In this document: one piece after another, positions 11,575 to 25,126 of the stretch
Layout of the letters: the number at the start of each line of letters is the position of its first letter
Numbering within the stretch: the stretch's first letter is position 1
Virus record (IMG/VR): IMGVR_UViG_3300045125_000172
Span: 8,244 to 72,243 of that record
DNA length: 64,000 nt
Direction: 5' to 3' (one strand)
Origin: a virus
Position numbers and translations under genes: made by a program
Notes under the pieces: generated by a model
What the model was told of the DNA's origin: nothing
The model's database searches: none
What the model saw: only the letters and a program-made list of their open reading frames with translations

Positions 11575-12025
11575 TATCTATATCCTTTAGTCTATCAAAA
11601 ATGTTGGTTGTTTTAGAATTTTTAACACCTTTACTTGTTGTATTTCTTTCTATAAAAATAGTATTCTCGGTGTTTTTATTTTTTAGAATCTCTTCTTGTT
11701 TAACTATAATATCCAATAAGTGTGGCGCTCTCAATGAATAAATTTTTTGTCCTTGTGATGTTTTCAATGCTGCTATTATAGCCTTATCACTATACTGTTT
11801 TAAAAGTTTATTAGCAGAAAATATTTGTGATTTATAAAATTTTTCCCATTCTTTGTTGAGCCAAAACCTGTAGTGTAAATCTTTTTTGTTTTTAATGGCT
11901 AAATGTTCGCATATAATTTCTGTTATATATTGAGAAGCAGAAACTAATTTACCATTAGAATACTTGGAAAGATATTTATTTGTCTGTGTTTTCTTTTGAT
12001 TGGTCATTAGATTTATATAGATCAT
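11564..12025 (-). CDS. Hypothetical phage protein
   Basis: Open 153-aa frame overlapping the recA start; no family recognised. Confidence 0.55.
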   Translation of the reverse strand: MIYINLMTNQKKTQTNKYLSKYSNGKLVSASQYITEIICEHLAIKNKKDLHYRFWLNKEWEKFYKSQIFSANKLLKQYSDKAIIAALKTSQGQKIYSLRAPHLLDIIVKQEEILKNKNTENTIFIERNTTSKGVKNSKTTNIFDRLKDIDNEH

Positions 12026-12054
12026 TGCAAGTTTGAGTCAAGAATTTTTGCATA

Positions 12055-12384
12055 TTACCAAAAAATGTTTCTATAAAGGATTTGTAGTCGGATCACAATA
12101 AAGTCTATGTAAAATTTTTTATTTTCATGATATTCTATTTCAGGCGCTACCGTGGCAGTATTACCTTTTTTAAATACTTTACAGTTTGTATCAATTTCCA
12201 GAATGTACGGACTAGGTTTATCCGATTGACTTGTACCCTCTGGTTCTTCTGGATTATTTATAGATTCTAGAAAAAATTGAGCCTCTTGCATTTTTGGAAG
12301 TAGTTTATAAAATAATTCAATTTCTTCTTCTGATATTATATCAGAAAGTTGTTGTTGATTAGTGTTTTGCTCTATATTTTCCAT
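12055..12384 (-). CDS. Hypothetical protein
   Basis: 109-aa ORF in operon-like context. Confidence 0.45.
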   Translation of the reverse strand: MENIEQNTNQQQLSDIISEEEIELFYKLLPKMQEAQFFLESINNPEEPEGTSQSDKPSPYILEIDTNCKVFKKGNTATVAPEIEYHENKKFYIDFIVIRLQILYRNIFW

Positions 12385-12389
12385 TAGCT

Positions 12390-12719
12390 TCTCGGCTTAA
12401 AAATGTTCTTGTTATTATTTCTATTTGATATCTTTTTTCGGTTTTCATCCCCTATTGCAGAACCATCTTTGGTCATAATTGCAACGGATTTGTTTTTCCT
12501 AACTGACGTTTCCATAATCATAAGATTTTTCTTTTATCTCCAACAACAGAAGAAGATGTTTTAATATTAGGATTATCAGATGCTTGATTTTGTTTTTCAA
12601 GTACATTACTTACTTGCTTAACTTCCAAAGATAATTTCTTCAGCTATCTGTTCTGGTGAATTACCCTTACTATTTAACCATAATATCGCATAATTATTTG
12701 CTTTACTTAATTTAGCCAT
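12390..12719 (-). CDS. Hypothetical protein (frameshifted)
   Basis: Manual: MAKLSKANNYAILWLNSKGNSPEQIAE... Confidence 0.4.
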
Positions 12720-13094
12720 TATGAAGCCTCCCTTTCAGCATTATTGAGCCATGCTATGTTTTTAGTCTTTAAAAAATTAGTGTATAAATCGAAAACCTTA
12801 TAACTTACATTTCTAAATTTGTCAGAAGATCTACAAACTCTATCCAGAAATGTTTGATTTTATTATCTTGATACATTGCAACAGGATTGTGGAACTTTCC
12901 GTTGGAGTTCAATTTTATACTATATCTAATTGATCCGTCATCTCTGGTAATTTTTTAGCGAATGTGTTATCATTTACATCTTTTAGTCTTGGTAAATGCT
13001 TATCGTCTAAAAAATCTTCCATACCTATTAGAGTATAATATTCTTCATTAGCCTCTGGTCTGTCGATTGACTGAGAAAATATAAAATTTTCCAT
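12719..13094 (-). CDS. Hypothetical protein (frameshifted)
   Basis: Manual: MENFIFSQSIDRPEANEEYYTLIG...AWLNNAEREAS*. Confidence 0.45.
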
Positions 13095-13104
13095 ATTTAT
13101 CCTT

Positions 13105-13458
13105 TCATGTCCATTTGTGTTTGGTTTTAGGTTTTTGTGTATAGGTCATACCTTTTGGTAGTGGTTTTGTTTCTATTTTATTATCTTTATATGAGTTATG
13201 CTTAGCGTGTAGAGATTGTTTTTCATCATCGCTTAGTCTATCTCTATTCCTTAGTGCCAAATCCCCTATGGTTTTAAGTTCCGAATCACTCTTTTTAACA
13301 GACGATGCTTGGGTTGCCACATCTGAAATATAATCCCTTGATGTTTTTTTGTTATTCTTGCAATTTGGACATTTCGGCTTATCGATATAGTCTCTTATAT
13401 AAAAGAATAGTTCAAAGTTTAGTTCACAGTTTTCGCAAAAATAACTATAATTGGGCAT
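13105..13458 (-). CDS. FmdB-family zinc-ribbon protein
   Basis: MPNYSYFCENCELNFE...KPKCPNCK. Confidence 0.75.
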   Translation of the reverse strand: MPNYSYFCENCELNFELFFYIRDYIDKPKCPNCKNNKKTSRDYISDVATQASSVKKSDSELKTIGDLALRNRDRLSDDEKQSLHAKHNSYKDNKIETKPLPKGMTYTQKPKTKHKWT

Positions 13459-14036
13459 AAGATTCTGGTAAATATATCAACCATTCCTCCGGTATCTCAT
13501 CTTTTATTTTAAACAGGTGGTGGGCTATTGGCAAGTACTTCAGTGTTTTTGTGGTTTTATAGGCAAACTTAGGAGTGGCATATTAGCCTGTTTTGGTGTT
13601 CTGTTACCCTTTTTTCTATTACAACCAATACAAGCGGTAACTATATTTGTCCATGATGTTGGGGATCCGTTATCGTAATTCCATTGAGATTTTGGAATAA
13701 CATGATCGTATGTTAATTCATTTATAGAAAATTTATTAGAACAATATTGACACTTATGATCGTCTCTAACAAAAATATTTTTTCTAGAAAACGTTACGCT
13801 TTGTTTGGTACATCTGAAAAACCTTTTAGTTTTTGCAATACATGGGATAGGATATTTTTATTATTGGTTCCATGAATATAATCATTTTTATAAAAATCAA
13901 TAATTTCTACACCATATTTTGGATTGTCTTCGTATCTCATATTCCATATTATAGCTTTTTGCCAAGTTATAATGGATAACGGAGAATAATCGGCATTTAG
14001 TACCAGACATTTATTGGTTCGCACTCTCGTTCTCAC
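13445..14036 (-). CDS. McrA-like HNH endonuclease, frameshifted
   Basis: CLVLNADYSPL; then RKNIFVRDDHKCQYC, LTYDHVIPKS, WTNIVTACIGCNRKKGNRTP in the next frame. Confidence 0.8.
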
Positions 14037-14740
14037 AAGACTCTAAGCGTGTTAAAATTTTCCCTATAATAGGATTACGTATAATATCACTATTAAATAG
14101 TTGACATATTCCTATGTTCTCTATTCCATATAAAGCTTTTATTAGATCCATAAAGCCTCCACGCATACTTCTGTGTAGGTCTGACTGACTTATATCCCCA
14201 GTCAAAACCATTTTACTGTTCATACCAATGCGTGTCAATAACATTTTTAATTGGTCGTATGAAGCATTTTGGCACTCGTCCGCTACTATGAAAGCATTGT
14301 GAAAGTTACGTCCTCTCATTAATCCTAATGGAACTATTTCGATCTTGTTATTTAATTTTAAAGTTGCATAATTACTCATAGGAATAAAATGATTTATTTC
14401 ATCCAAGATTGGTAATAAATATGGGTGCAATTTTTCTTCAGCAGTTCCTGGTAGGTAGCCTATTTTTTCTCCACTTTCAACAACCGGTCTGGTGATAATA
14501 ATTTTATTAACTTTATCTTCTAACAAATATTCCAAAGCCATACCTATAGCCAAATGTGTTTTACCACTTCCTGCAACACCCTGACAAAATGTTATAGTAT
14601 TATCAGCAATCGTTTTTATACATTCTGTTTGATTTGGTGTTCTAGGCTTTAATCTATTTCGATATGCTGCTCCAATTGGTTTTAAATCATTTGTGGCATC
14701 TATAGATTTTATCTTCTTTTATTTTTATTATTTCTCAATG
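14011..14740 (-). CDS. phoH: PhoH-like ATPase
   Basis: PRTPNQ, GVAGSGKT, ITRPVVESGEKIGYLPG, GLMRGRNF, ADECQN, LTRIG..GDISQSD; start approximate. Confidence 0.92.
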
Positions 14741-14762
14741 TTTATTTCTCCGCTGAGGATAG

Positions 14763-16953
14763 TTAAATTAGACACGCCCCACCAGCACAACTAATTTCTT
14801 CTATTCCAGCAGTGTTGTCCTCTGTTTCCAAAAGTTGTGTATAATCTACTTTTTTATATGTATCATATAAATCACAATATATTTTCCAGTTGTATACATC
14901 CTTCATGCAATAGGTCAATCTTTTTATATCTCCATTAAAATATTTACCAGCAAAATTTTTCATCTTTGTAATAAATAATAGTTTGTCTTTAGAATCTGTT
15001 TCTTTCGCCTGATTCATATTAACATAATCACAAGCAGCCCAAAGATTGTTATTGAAAGCATTTAGTGCTAATTCTAATAAGACCAGAACACCATAGTGCT
15101 GGATCTCCGTATTCTTTAACTATCTCTCTGCTTGTATAAACGGTTGTGAATGGTGCTTGTGGATAGTCTTTATCTCCACTTTGAGGAATCAAACTTATTC
15201 CAGCAAAGTACCTGCGATTGTCATAGATATATTTAGTCACATCATCCCATTCATCTGGTTTTACAGTAACTGTGTTGCTAACATTATGACTTAAATATTC
15301 TTGAGTACACAAATTTTTATTTTTACCAGAATAAACCCAATTCTTTTGTGTGTCTTTGACTATAGATAACATATCTACAGCCGGTAATTGGTTTTTTAAT
15401 TTTGCTCCATCTGGTACTTCTATCGGAAATTTAATTACTTCGTCTGTGTCGTTAGCAGACCAACTAGACTTTTCACACGCTTGTGGGTTATAATTTTTGA
15501 AGTGTTGGAAAGGAGCTTCTAAAACATTGGCTTGTACGTGTCTAATATATCTTTTAGCGTGATGAGGATGGATACCGGAACTTGTTCCAAGCATACTTGA
15601 ACTTGTTCCTTCTGGCTTCAAACAAGTTACGCGTGCGGCTTGATTAATGCCAAGCTTTTTAGCCATTTCTTTATTAGTTTCAACAGCTATTTTAGCTCCG
15701 GCTTTTAATACCTTTTCTGATAAAACCAAATCGTGTTTTTCCATAATTCCTGTTAAAGACACACCTAGAAGAGATTCTCTTTCAAAGATTTTACAACTAA
15801 TTTCTCCAAGATAATCTAATTTAGTAAATCCGGCTTGTAGTGTGCCTATAATTGCCGCAGCTTTACAACGATCATAAAAATCATTTTCGTCCTCTATTGA
15901 TGAACAGTTAATAGTTGACAGATTGCATCCTTGCCAGCCACTTTTGCCACTTTCTTCATCAACGGGCCACATACCAACTTCCACACATGGATTGAATGTC
16001 ATTTCTGTTGAATCGCTCCAAATAAATCCTGGCTCGCCAAATTCTTTAACGCTCTCCATCAATGTTTTGAATTCTTCAAATGTTGTTTCTTCTTTTAGTA
16101 ATAAAGCAGAATTATTGCTTCGTGCTCTTTGTGGATTTTCCATATACCAATTACCAGTTTTAGCTTTGGCCATTTCCTCATCGTCTGGACTAAACAATGC
16201 TAAACTGGCTGATCGTCTAACACCACCACTTAATACAGCATCGCTGCTATGCATCACAATATCATAAGCATCAATTGGACGCAGTTTTTTTGGCCATTCG
16301 AAATACAACGATCTAATAATGTTCGAATTTTTCTAAACCATTTGCTAATGGTTCAAATCCAGGAGCTTTGCCAACACCAGAACTTAAATCGGAGCCCTTG
16401 GGTCTGATATTGCTATAATCAAAAACAACATATGTATTTTTATACATTTTGAATTCTTCTATGGGCTTGCTAAAATAACTACTAAGAAGAACACCTAGAG
16501 CATCCGCCCACCCTTCGATACTATCTTCAATAACATATTTAGTTCCTTCTCCGCTTTCGACATTGTGTTCTAATGTTGGAAGTTTAGCAACATGATGTTT
16601 TTGTACGCTAAATCCTGTTCCGCTGCCGCATAACAGCAACCAGAAACATTCTTGAAAGAATCTTAAGCGATCACAATATGAACTTGTACAATTATAAATT
16701 TTAGCATGACGTTTAAGAATAGGGTCTCCACCAAATTGTAGTCCTCTTTGACTTCCAAGAACTTTTTCTTATACATCATATCGTATGCCCAATTAATCTC
16801 TTCAGAAATATTTTTATCAGCATACATTGTATGCATCATATTTTTTACGCGCTCAACAGCTTCTTTCCATGTTTCTCTGCGATTTTTTTCTGGTATCCAT
16901 CTGGCATACTTGCTAACAAACGTATAATTCTGAAGCTCCTGAAGTGCAGACAT
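14763..16953 (-). CDS. nrdJ: Class II (B12-dependent) ribonucleoside-triphosphate reductase, in four frameshifted pieces
   Basis: FVSKYARW, CGSGTGFSV, GGVRRSA, RARSNNS, FNPCVE, GCNLS, TCLKPEGTSS, HNVSNTV, ISCAGGAC. Confidence 0.92.
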
Positions 16954-17156
16954 TTTATCTCCTATCTAGAATATCGAGTAAGGCTAGTATTACCAATGCT
17001 TGAAAAGATTTTTGTTGCATCTCTATATTTCCGGCAATACTATTGTAGAAATAAATTAATAACATTATATAAAATACAATCTTGTATATCATAATACACC
17101 ACACAGATGTTTCAGCCAAGAAAGATTTGCTTCAACATATTGAATACTAATACCAC

Positions 17157-17558
17157 TCATAGACACAAAAGTATCAAATCTTTTTGTGCTTCATTGTCAA
17201 ATAAATGTGTACCATGATTTTTAGACATAATAACTGTAGACACACCTTCTTGCCACAGCGCCATTATACAGTCGTTGCAGCATTGACCGGTAACATATGC
17301 AACTCCATTTTCTGGTCTAATTATACAATTAGAAAGAGCATTTCGTTCCGCGTGTATCATCCAGGGATATTTTTCTGGTCTAGTATTTGGAAGTAGTTTA
17401 TCGTCTAATCCTCTTGGAAAACCATTATATCCTAGTCCTAGGATTCGATTGTTTTGGTCCGTAATTACGCAACCATGCTGTGTTTGAAGATCGTGGCTAC
17501 GTTGAGAAACAACTTTAGCCAATCCTAAAAAGTAATCTGTCCATGATGGTCTGTTCAT
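17157..17558 (-). CDS. dCMP deaminase
   Basis: SQRSHD..QHGCVI, GYNGFP, HAERNA, CCNDC. Confidence 0.9.
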   Translation of the reverse strand: MNRPSWTDYFLGLAKVVSQRSHDLQTQHGCVITDQNNRILGLGYNGFPRGLDDKLLPNTRPEKYPWMIHAERNALSNCIIRPENGVAYVTGQCCNDCIMALWQEGVSTVIMSKNHGTHLFDNEAQKDLILLCL

Positions 17559-17588
17559 ACCAATATGATACAGAATCTGTGGTTTAGG

Positions 17589-17843
17589 TCAAGCGTTATT
17601 TTTTGTGAGTTTGTTGTACAGTACTAGGCTCAATATCGATCCAGCAACTCCCATAAGTATTCCTGCTGGTGTTATTGTTTGATATTGTCCGATTAGATAT
17701 AGTATTGCTCCGCCCATATATGAGCCGGCTATACCTAAAAACACTGTTTTAACAAATCCGAAATTTTCTTCGCCAGGTACTATAGCCTTGGAAATACTTC
17801 CAACTAGAAGACCATATACAACCCATACTAATAAACTAAGCAT
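17589..17843 (-). CDS. GlsB/YeaQ/YmgE (transglycosylase-associated) membrane protein
   Basis: WVVYGLLVGSISKAIVPG..GIAGSYMGG..GVAGSILSL. Confidence 0.8.
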   Translation of the reverse strand: MLSLLVWVVYGLLVGSISKAIVPGEENFGFVKTVFLGIAGSYMGGAILYLIGQYQTITPAGILMGVAGSILSLVLYNKLTKNNA

Positions 17844-18267
17844 CGTTTGCTGCCTCCATTAAAGTGTATACTTCATCCTCCGTGAGATTAATTCCAGTTC
17901 CCATTATACTGTACTGTAGAGCCTTCCCATAGGCTTTGTATTGATCTTTACTAAGATTTTGTTTGATAATCCTTTGAAGTCTTAATCTGTTTAACCATGA
18001 ATCTTTGAGTATAGCTTCCTGAATATCTTTCTTCATAGAGAAAACATATTCATTTTTATCTTTAATTAGTTTGCGATTTTTCCTACACTCTTGAATCACT
18101 CTTATTAATGTAAGTATCACGCTAATAACTAATATAATTGTAATTGGATCAATACTATATTCTTTCTCTGTAGGTAATTGCATATTGTTTAAAACTTTTT
18201 TGGCAATTTTTTCTAATGCTAAATTTTTTTCATATACTACCTTTCGACTGATGGTACGCATCCGCAA
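17836..18267 (-). CDS. Hypothetical protein with one TM segment
   Basis: IDPITIILVISVILTLIRVIQEC hydrophobic stretch. Confidence 0.55.
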   Translation of the reverse strand: MRMRTISRKVVYEKNLALEKIAKKVLNNMQLPTEKEYSIDPITIILVISVILTLIRVIQECRKNRKLIKDKNEYVFSMKKDIQEAILKDSWLNRLRLQRIIKQNLSKDQYKAYGKALQYSIMGTGINLTEDEVYTLMEAANDA

Positions 18268-18602
18268 TTTTTACATTTACAGTTTTTACATTTACAATTT
18301 GGATTATCACAAGTTTTATTATCCCCATAAAGTTTAATTTCGGGATGCGTTATTTCACTTTTAGTTTCTGGCTCACAATATCCACAGTCAACCATTTTTA
18401 TTCCATCTCCGCTAAGATACTTTCCTGTTCCTTTACATACTGGACATTCTTTACGTGGATACTTTTTTTCTTTATCAATATGTTTGGCTTTAATAATTCC
18501 ACCAACTAAAGAAACAACAGCGGTTGATGATCCTTTATATCCGTAATTTGATACTAAAAAAATAGAAGTAGCCAATAATACAGATAAAGACTTATTCATC
18601 AT
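18237..18602 (-). CDS. Secreted/membrane Cys-rich protein (Zn finger + metallothionein-like tail)
   Basis: N-terminal hydrophobic segment; CPVCKGTGK..CGYC; tail CDNPNCKCKNCKCKNCGC. Confidence 0.55.
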   Translation of the reverse strand: MMNKSLSVLLATSIFLVSNYGYKGSSTAVVSLVGGIIKAKHIDKEKKYPRKECPVCKGTGKYLSGDGIKMVDCGYCEPETKSEITHPEIKLYGDNKTCDNPNCKCKNCKCKNCGCVPSVER

Positions 18603-18746
18603 TTTTTCTCCAGGGCAGAATCTTTCTCTTTGGTTTTGGTTTATCTATTTCTTCTACACTTTTTGGAGATAATATCTTAATAATACCTAGTATAAAACTA
18701 GCTATTATACTTAATAATCTATTTAGTGCTATTTTGTCTATTAATC

Positions 18747-19672
18747 TCATAAATAATCCTCAAAACCATAAGAAGGAAGTTTTTGAACAGGAAAACCATC
18801 GAATTGACTAAACGCATACGATCCATTTTGAGCCAACATCCCTGCCGCAACCTCTGCTCTGATTAAAAATGATCCGTCTGGAATTGGACCCCACGTTGGA
18901 TGACCACCATCATTCCATTTACCCCAACTATTTTGTACTAAAAATAATGGTTCGCTTCCGGTATCGTCACACGCTATCCAGGCCATACAATGAGCCCAAC
19001 TACCACTAGTATTAGCAATACCATTCTTGTCTCGTTTATTACTAAAACCATAACTAGAGCAAACCGCTAAACCATAACCATTAGCTAAAGCATCTCTTGC
19101 TTCTTCTATAGTCTTAACAAGACTGACAGTTTTAATTTGATGATCATTCGAGAGATCTATTACTGGATCAGGTAAGCCCCTACTTCCCCAATTAGCGCCA
19201 ATATTACCATTGTATTTGGATAGATCTATAACACCTTTATAATTTTTTCTAACCAGAATACCACCACTTTGACTAACAAACGTAGCCGCCCTAGCACAAC
19301 TCATACCTTGTCCACCATGACCTCTAGCGCCATAGATAGCCTCAGTAGCGCCTCGTGCTACCCATCCTTCTCTTTCCTTATTAACATCGATTTCTACTGC
19401 TCTACTAACATCACAAGCGTTTCGTGTTCCGTGGGACACACAATCTCCAGTGGTTTGTCTTTCATTATAAGGATTCTTATCAAATTTTAAAACGCTTTTG
19501 TAAGGAGTACTAAGTTTCCCCTTGCCACTGTTTTTAATTTTTTTGCTCCATCTCCAAAATAAGCATACTTAGAATTTTCTAATAATTGTTCATAAACATG
19601 CTCTTCCCATAAACATCCCTGAAAACCTTTTCTATATTCATTATAAAGATCATTTGGAGATAATCTAGGCAT
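18747..19672 (-). CDS. Papain-like (C1-type) cysteine peptidase, frameshifted
   Basis: ERQTTGDCVSHG (oxyanion Q, catalytic C), WAHCM (His), LVQNSWG (Asn). Confidence 0.75.
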
Positions 19673-19675
19673 TAC

Positions 19676-20159
19676 TTGGACCCCTCATTAAAAGCCCATC
19701 CTAATGCTCTAAAAGCTTCGGCAGCCTTTTTTCTAAGTTCAGTATCTAAAGGCACTATATCATTACCGATTTGGCTAGTTATAACCGCCTCAGCAGCATC
19801 GCTTAATCCCGGATATTTACCTTTATATTCATTCTTAACATCGGACCACTTAGAGAATTTGCTTGTCTCAGTTCTTCTGTTGTTTTGATCACTTCATTAT
19901 CACCATCTAGTTCAATTAAAGTTGATAAATCCATGTACAAATCTGCAAGTCTAGCTCCGTCTTGTTTTCTATCACCAGATCCGTTTTCCAAAATATCAAC
20001 AACTAATTTACATTTATCTCTTAGTTGAACATCCTGCGGAGGAGTAATTACAACAATAGAATTATTATCTGGATTATTAATTGGAAAACTTAATTTTGGT
20101 TGAAAAAATCCTAAAAGAAGCAGACCAATCCCAACAGTTAGTAATACCTTATTGTTCAT
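19676..20159 (-). CDS. Hypothetical signal-anchored protein, frameshifted
   Basis: MNNKVLLTVGIGLLLLGFF; ORFs 19803..20159 and continuation to about 19676. Confidence 0.5.
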
Positions 20160-20515
20160 ACCTTTTCCTCATTGCAAACTACTGGACTAAGATAAGGAAA
20201 CATTTGATCAGCAACCTTGATTGCTTCTGTGCATTGTGCTTTAACCGCCAAATCTCTTGTTTTTTTCCAACTAGTGACTAGTTCAAAAAATACATCCTCT
20301 TTTGTTTCAATCCCAACACTATTGTTAGTTGCCGCAGGAACAGGTTTTGCAACGCCCGGCTTTGAGCCAAGCAATCCATAAATCTTATCTACTAATTGTT
20401 TAACCACTAAAGAAACAGGATTTAGTCTATCCTTAAATAAAACCCATGCTATAAGTGCTGCTCCAGCATATAGGGCTAAGTCCGTTGGCCCAAGAGAGGG
20501 ATGCAAATTCTTCAA
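20156..20515 (-). CDS. Hypothetical membrane protein
   Basis: DLALYAGAALIAWVLF TM segment. Confidence 0.55.
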   Translation of the reverse strand: MKNLHPSLGPTDLALYAGAALIAWVLFKDRLNPVSLVVKQLVDKIYGLLGSKPGVAKPVPAATNNSVGIETKEDVFFELVTSWKKTRDLAVKAQCTEAIKVADQMFPYLSPVVCNEEKV

Positions 20516-20530
20516 AACTCTGAGCGTAAT

Positions 20531-20916
20531 TCATACTTTACCTTTCTGTAGGAAAATTCCTGTTTGTCTAAAAATTGAAACTGTTGCGTCTATACTAGAT
20601 GAAACTAGAATCATAAGTACTTTTTTCACATAGCTATGTATGATAGGTTCCAAAAGATTAGGAACAAGAGGAATGTCTATTATAGAGAAAGTGGTATCAT
20701 AAAAAGTATTTATATATTCTATAGCAATAGCTTTCTTATCTTTTCCTTCTAAATCTTTTGCTATGACTTCTATAATTTGTACTGTACTAGCTACAACTAA
20801 TTGTAATGCTTTCCAAGCTTCACTTAGGGCTACGCTTTTAGATTTTTTAGCGACTGCTTTAGTTCGAGACTTGTTTTTTCTGCTTGTTCTAGCACTAGTT
20901 CTTTTACTGTCATCAT
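20531..20916 (-). CDS. Hypothetical protein overlapping the holin-like gene
   Basis: AAGGAG RBS + ATG at 20916; restoring one A near 20838 gives MMTVKELVLEQAEK...LKSVALSEAWK. Confidence 0.5.
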
Positions 20917-21187
20917 TATTCTCCTTTGATTCGGATGGCGTTACAGATACTAATTTTTCTGTTTCAACTATTTTTTTAACTTCATTACGACCTTTAATAT
21001 ATTTAGCTAATATCCATACTTGTCCACTAATAAGAATTATGCTTTCAACAGCATGGGATACTACAGATATTAATTCTTCTTTTTGTTCATTTTCTTTTAA
21101 TAGTCCTGTTAAATATAGTCCACTAAATATAAAGCTGACTAATGTGAACCAAAATTCGCTAGTTTTATACCCAGCTTTTATTGTCAT
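20820..21187 (-). CDS. Holin-like membrane protein
   Basis: MTIKAGYKTSEFW + two hydrophobic segments; very basic tail (RTSARTSRKNKSRTKAVAKKSKKRSPK*) after the same one-base correction. Confidence 0.5.
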
Positions 21188-21381
21188 GAAGCACTATCTC
21201 CAGAGTAGTAGCGAGGATCATCAAATCTAGCATCATATTTACTTTCAATATCAGCAATTGTAGGAGAATTTTTAACATAAGTCTCTATTGTCGAATATTC
21301 GCCCGTGCGAGTACAAGACACTAGCGCTGTTCCGTTTTTTACTGATTCGCCACTAACTGCTGCTTGAATATCATTGGCCAT
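21184..21381 (-). CDS. Hypothetical protein
   Basis: 65-aa ORF with RBS and upstream GGTGTATAT motif. Confidence 0.55.
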   Translation of the reverse strand: MANDIQAAVSGESVKNGTALVSCTRTGEYSTIETYVKNSPTIADIESKYDARFDDPRYYSGDSAS

Positions 21382-21436
21382 ATTAGTATTCCTTTTTAAT
21401 AAATATTAAAGATAGTATATATATACACCGAATTTA

Positions 21437-23742
<2,306 letters not shown>

Positions 23743-23745
23743 ATT

Positions 23746-24070
23746 TTTTTAGTTTCTTTCTATTCTTTCCTCCAATGCTTCTAAAGTTTTTCCAAGAGTT
23801 GCTATTTGTACTTTCAGTTCATTTAGCACTTCTGTATTTCTTTGCAAAGCATTAGCGAAAGCGAGATTGTATCTCTTTATTACTATTTAGTCGTTCCATA
23901 ATAAATTGTCTATCTTGTAAATATGGGCTTTTACTTTCTACCATCTCAATAACTTCTGCTTTGGTCGCCATATTTTTACCAATAGCAAACCAAAAACCTA
24001 TAAGAGTTATGATAATTCCAATACAGGTTGTGGCTATGCTTTCCCAAAAATGAACAATTGATTCTGACAT
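23746..24070 (-). CDS. Hypothetical protein, TM + coiled coil (frameshifted)
   Basis: IATTCIGIIITLIGFWFAIG followed by a helical region. Confidence 0.5.
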
Positions 24071-24089
24071 ATTATAACCCCTATTATAA

Positions 24090-24127
24090 AATAAGCCAAC
24101 GACACATTATAGTATCATTGGCTTATT
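24090..24127 (-). terminator. Inverted repeat, probable intrinsic terminator
   Basis: Arms aataagccaa / ttggcttatt followed on the minus strand by TTTT, downstream of ORF 24153..24920. Confidence 0.55.
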
Positions 24128-24152
24128 ATGTGTCGAATTGTAACTTAAACTA

Positions 24153-24920
24153 TCAGCCTGTTTTGCTCTTGTAATCCCTAGTTCTTTCAAGGTGGGCTCC
24201 ACTGCTTAAAAATACCAATTGACCAGGAGCACTACGTGTTGGTGTTGCAGCAACGTCGTTACCTGGATTTTCTGTGGCTGTTGCTGGACCAACTACGGTA
24301 ACATTACCGCTTGTGCTACCAGAAGTTCCGTGTGTTATTGTGAATGAATTAGCATCAACAACAGTAACTTGGAAATTACCGTCTGTTGCGGCACCGCTTG
24401 TAAAATTAAGATAAACATAATCGTCATTTGCTAATCCATGATTTGGGGCAGTTACTGTTACAGTGGAGCTTGATCTTGAATATGTTCCATAAACTTCAAA
24501 CTTACCGTAAAATGGATCCCAATAACCTTTTCTAAAAGCAGTTGCTCTTTTTACAACCCTGTATGCTTCTCTTTTATGAATACTTCTGATCAGTCCTGGT
24601 TGATCAGCAGCACTACGAAGAACAGTATTGCTAACACCAGCTAATGATATTGTTACCTTTTTAGCTACTGGAGACTGATTATTATAGGCAAAAGTACCAG
24701 CACTAACAGCCTTGTCCGAGACATCATCGTTTAATACTGTTGAGGCAAAAACCTCTTTGTTATATCGTGAAACACCAACATTATCTAGTTTGGTACTTGA
24801 TGTTCCAACCTTTGCTGCGGCACCGCCGTTACCGCCAGCACCACTACCTTTTACATTAGGAGGAACTGTACTATAATTTGTTCCATTAACTTTAGCAGCG
24901 TAGATTTGACTTAGTGGCAT
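24153..24920 (-). CDS. Probable virion structural protein (Gly/Ser/Thr-rich, beta-sandwich insert)
   Basis: TVTVTAPNHGLANDDYVYL..DGNFQVTVVDANSFTI module; composition typical of tail proteins. Confidence 0.55.
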   Translation of the reverse strand: MPLSQIYAAKVNGTNYSTVPPNVKGSGAGGNGGAAAKVGTSSTKLDNVGVSRYNKEVFASTVLNDDVSDKAVSAGTFAYNNQSPVAKKVTISLAGVSNTVLRSAADQPGLIRSIHKREAYRVVKRATAFRKGYWDPFYGKFEVYGTYSRSSSTVTVTAPNHGLANDDYVYLNFTSGAATDGNFQVTVVDANSFTITHGTSGSTSGNVTVVGPATATENPGNDVAATPTRSAPGQLVFLSSGAHLERTRDYKSKTG

Positions 24921-25126
24921 TGTTATCTCTCCATATGGTTTGTGATAGACTAAATAATCTATACCCCAAATTTATTATAAGACAATAAAATTTACTATCT
25001 TGTTTTTAGCCATAAATATTGGTCATTTTTTTTAAGCTATTTATTGTATGACATTTTACACCAAATACGCTGGATGTTTTTGTATAAGATCAATATGCGA
25101 ATCATTCCATACGTTTCCATTCGATA

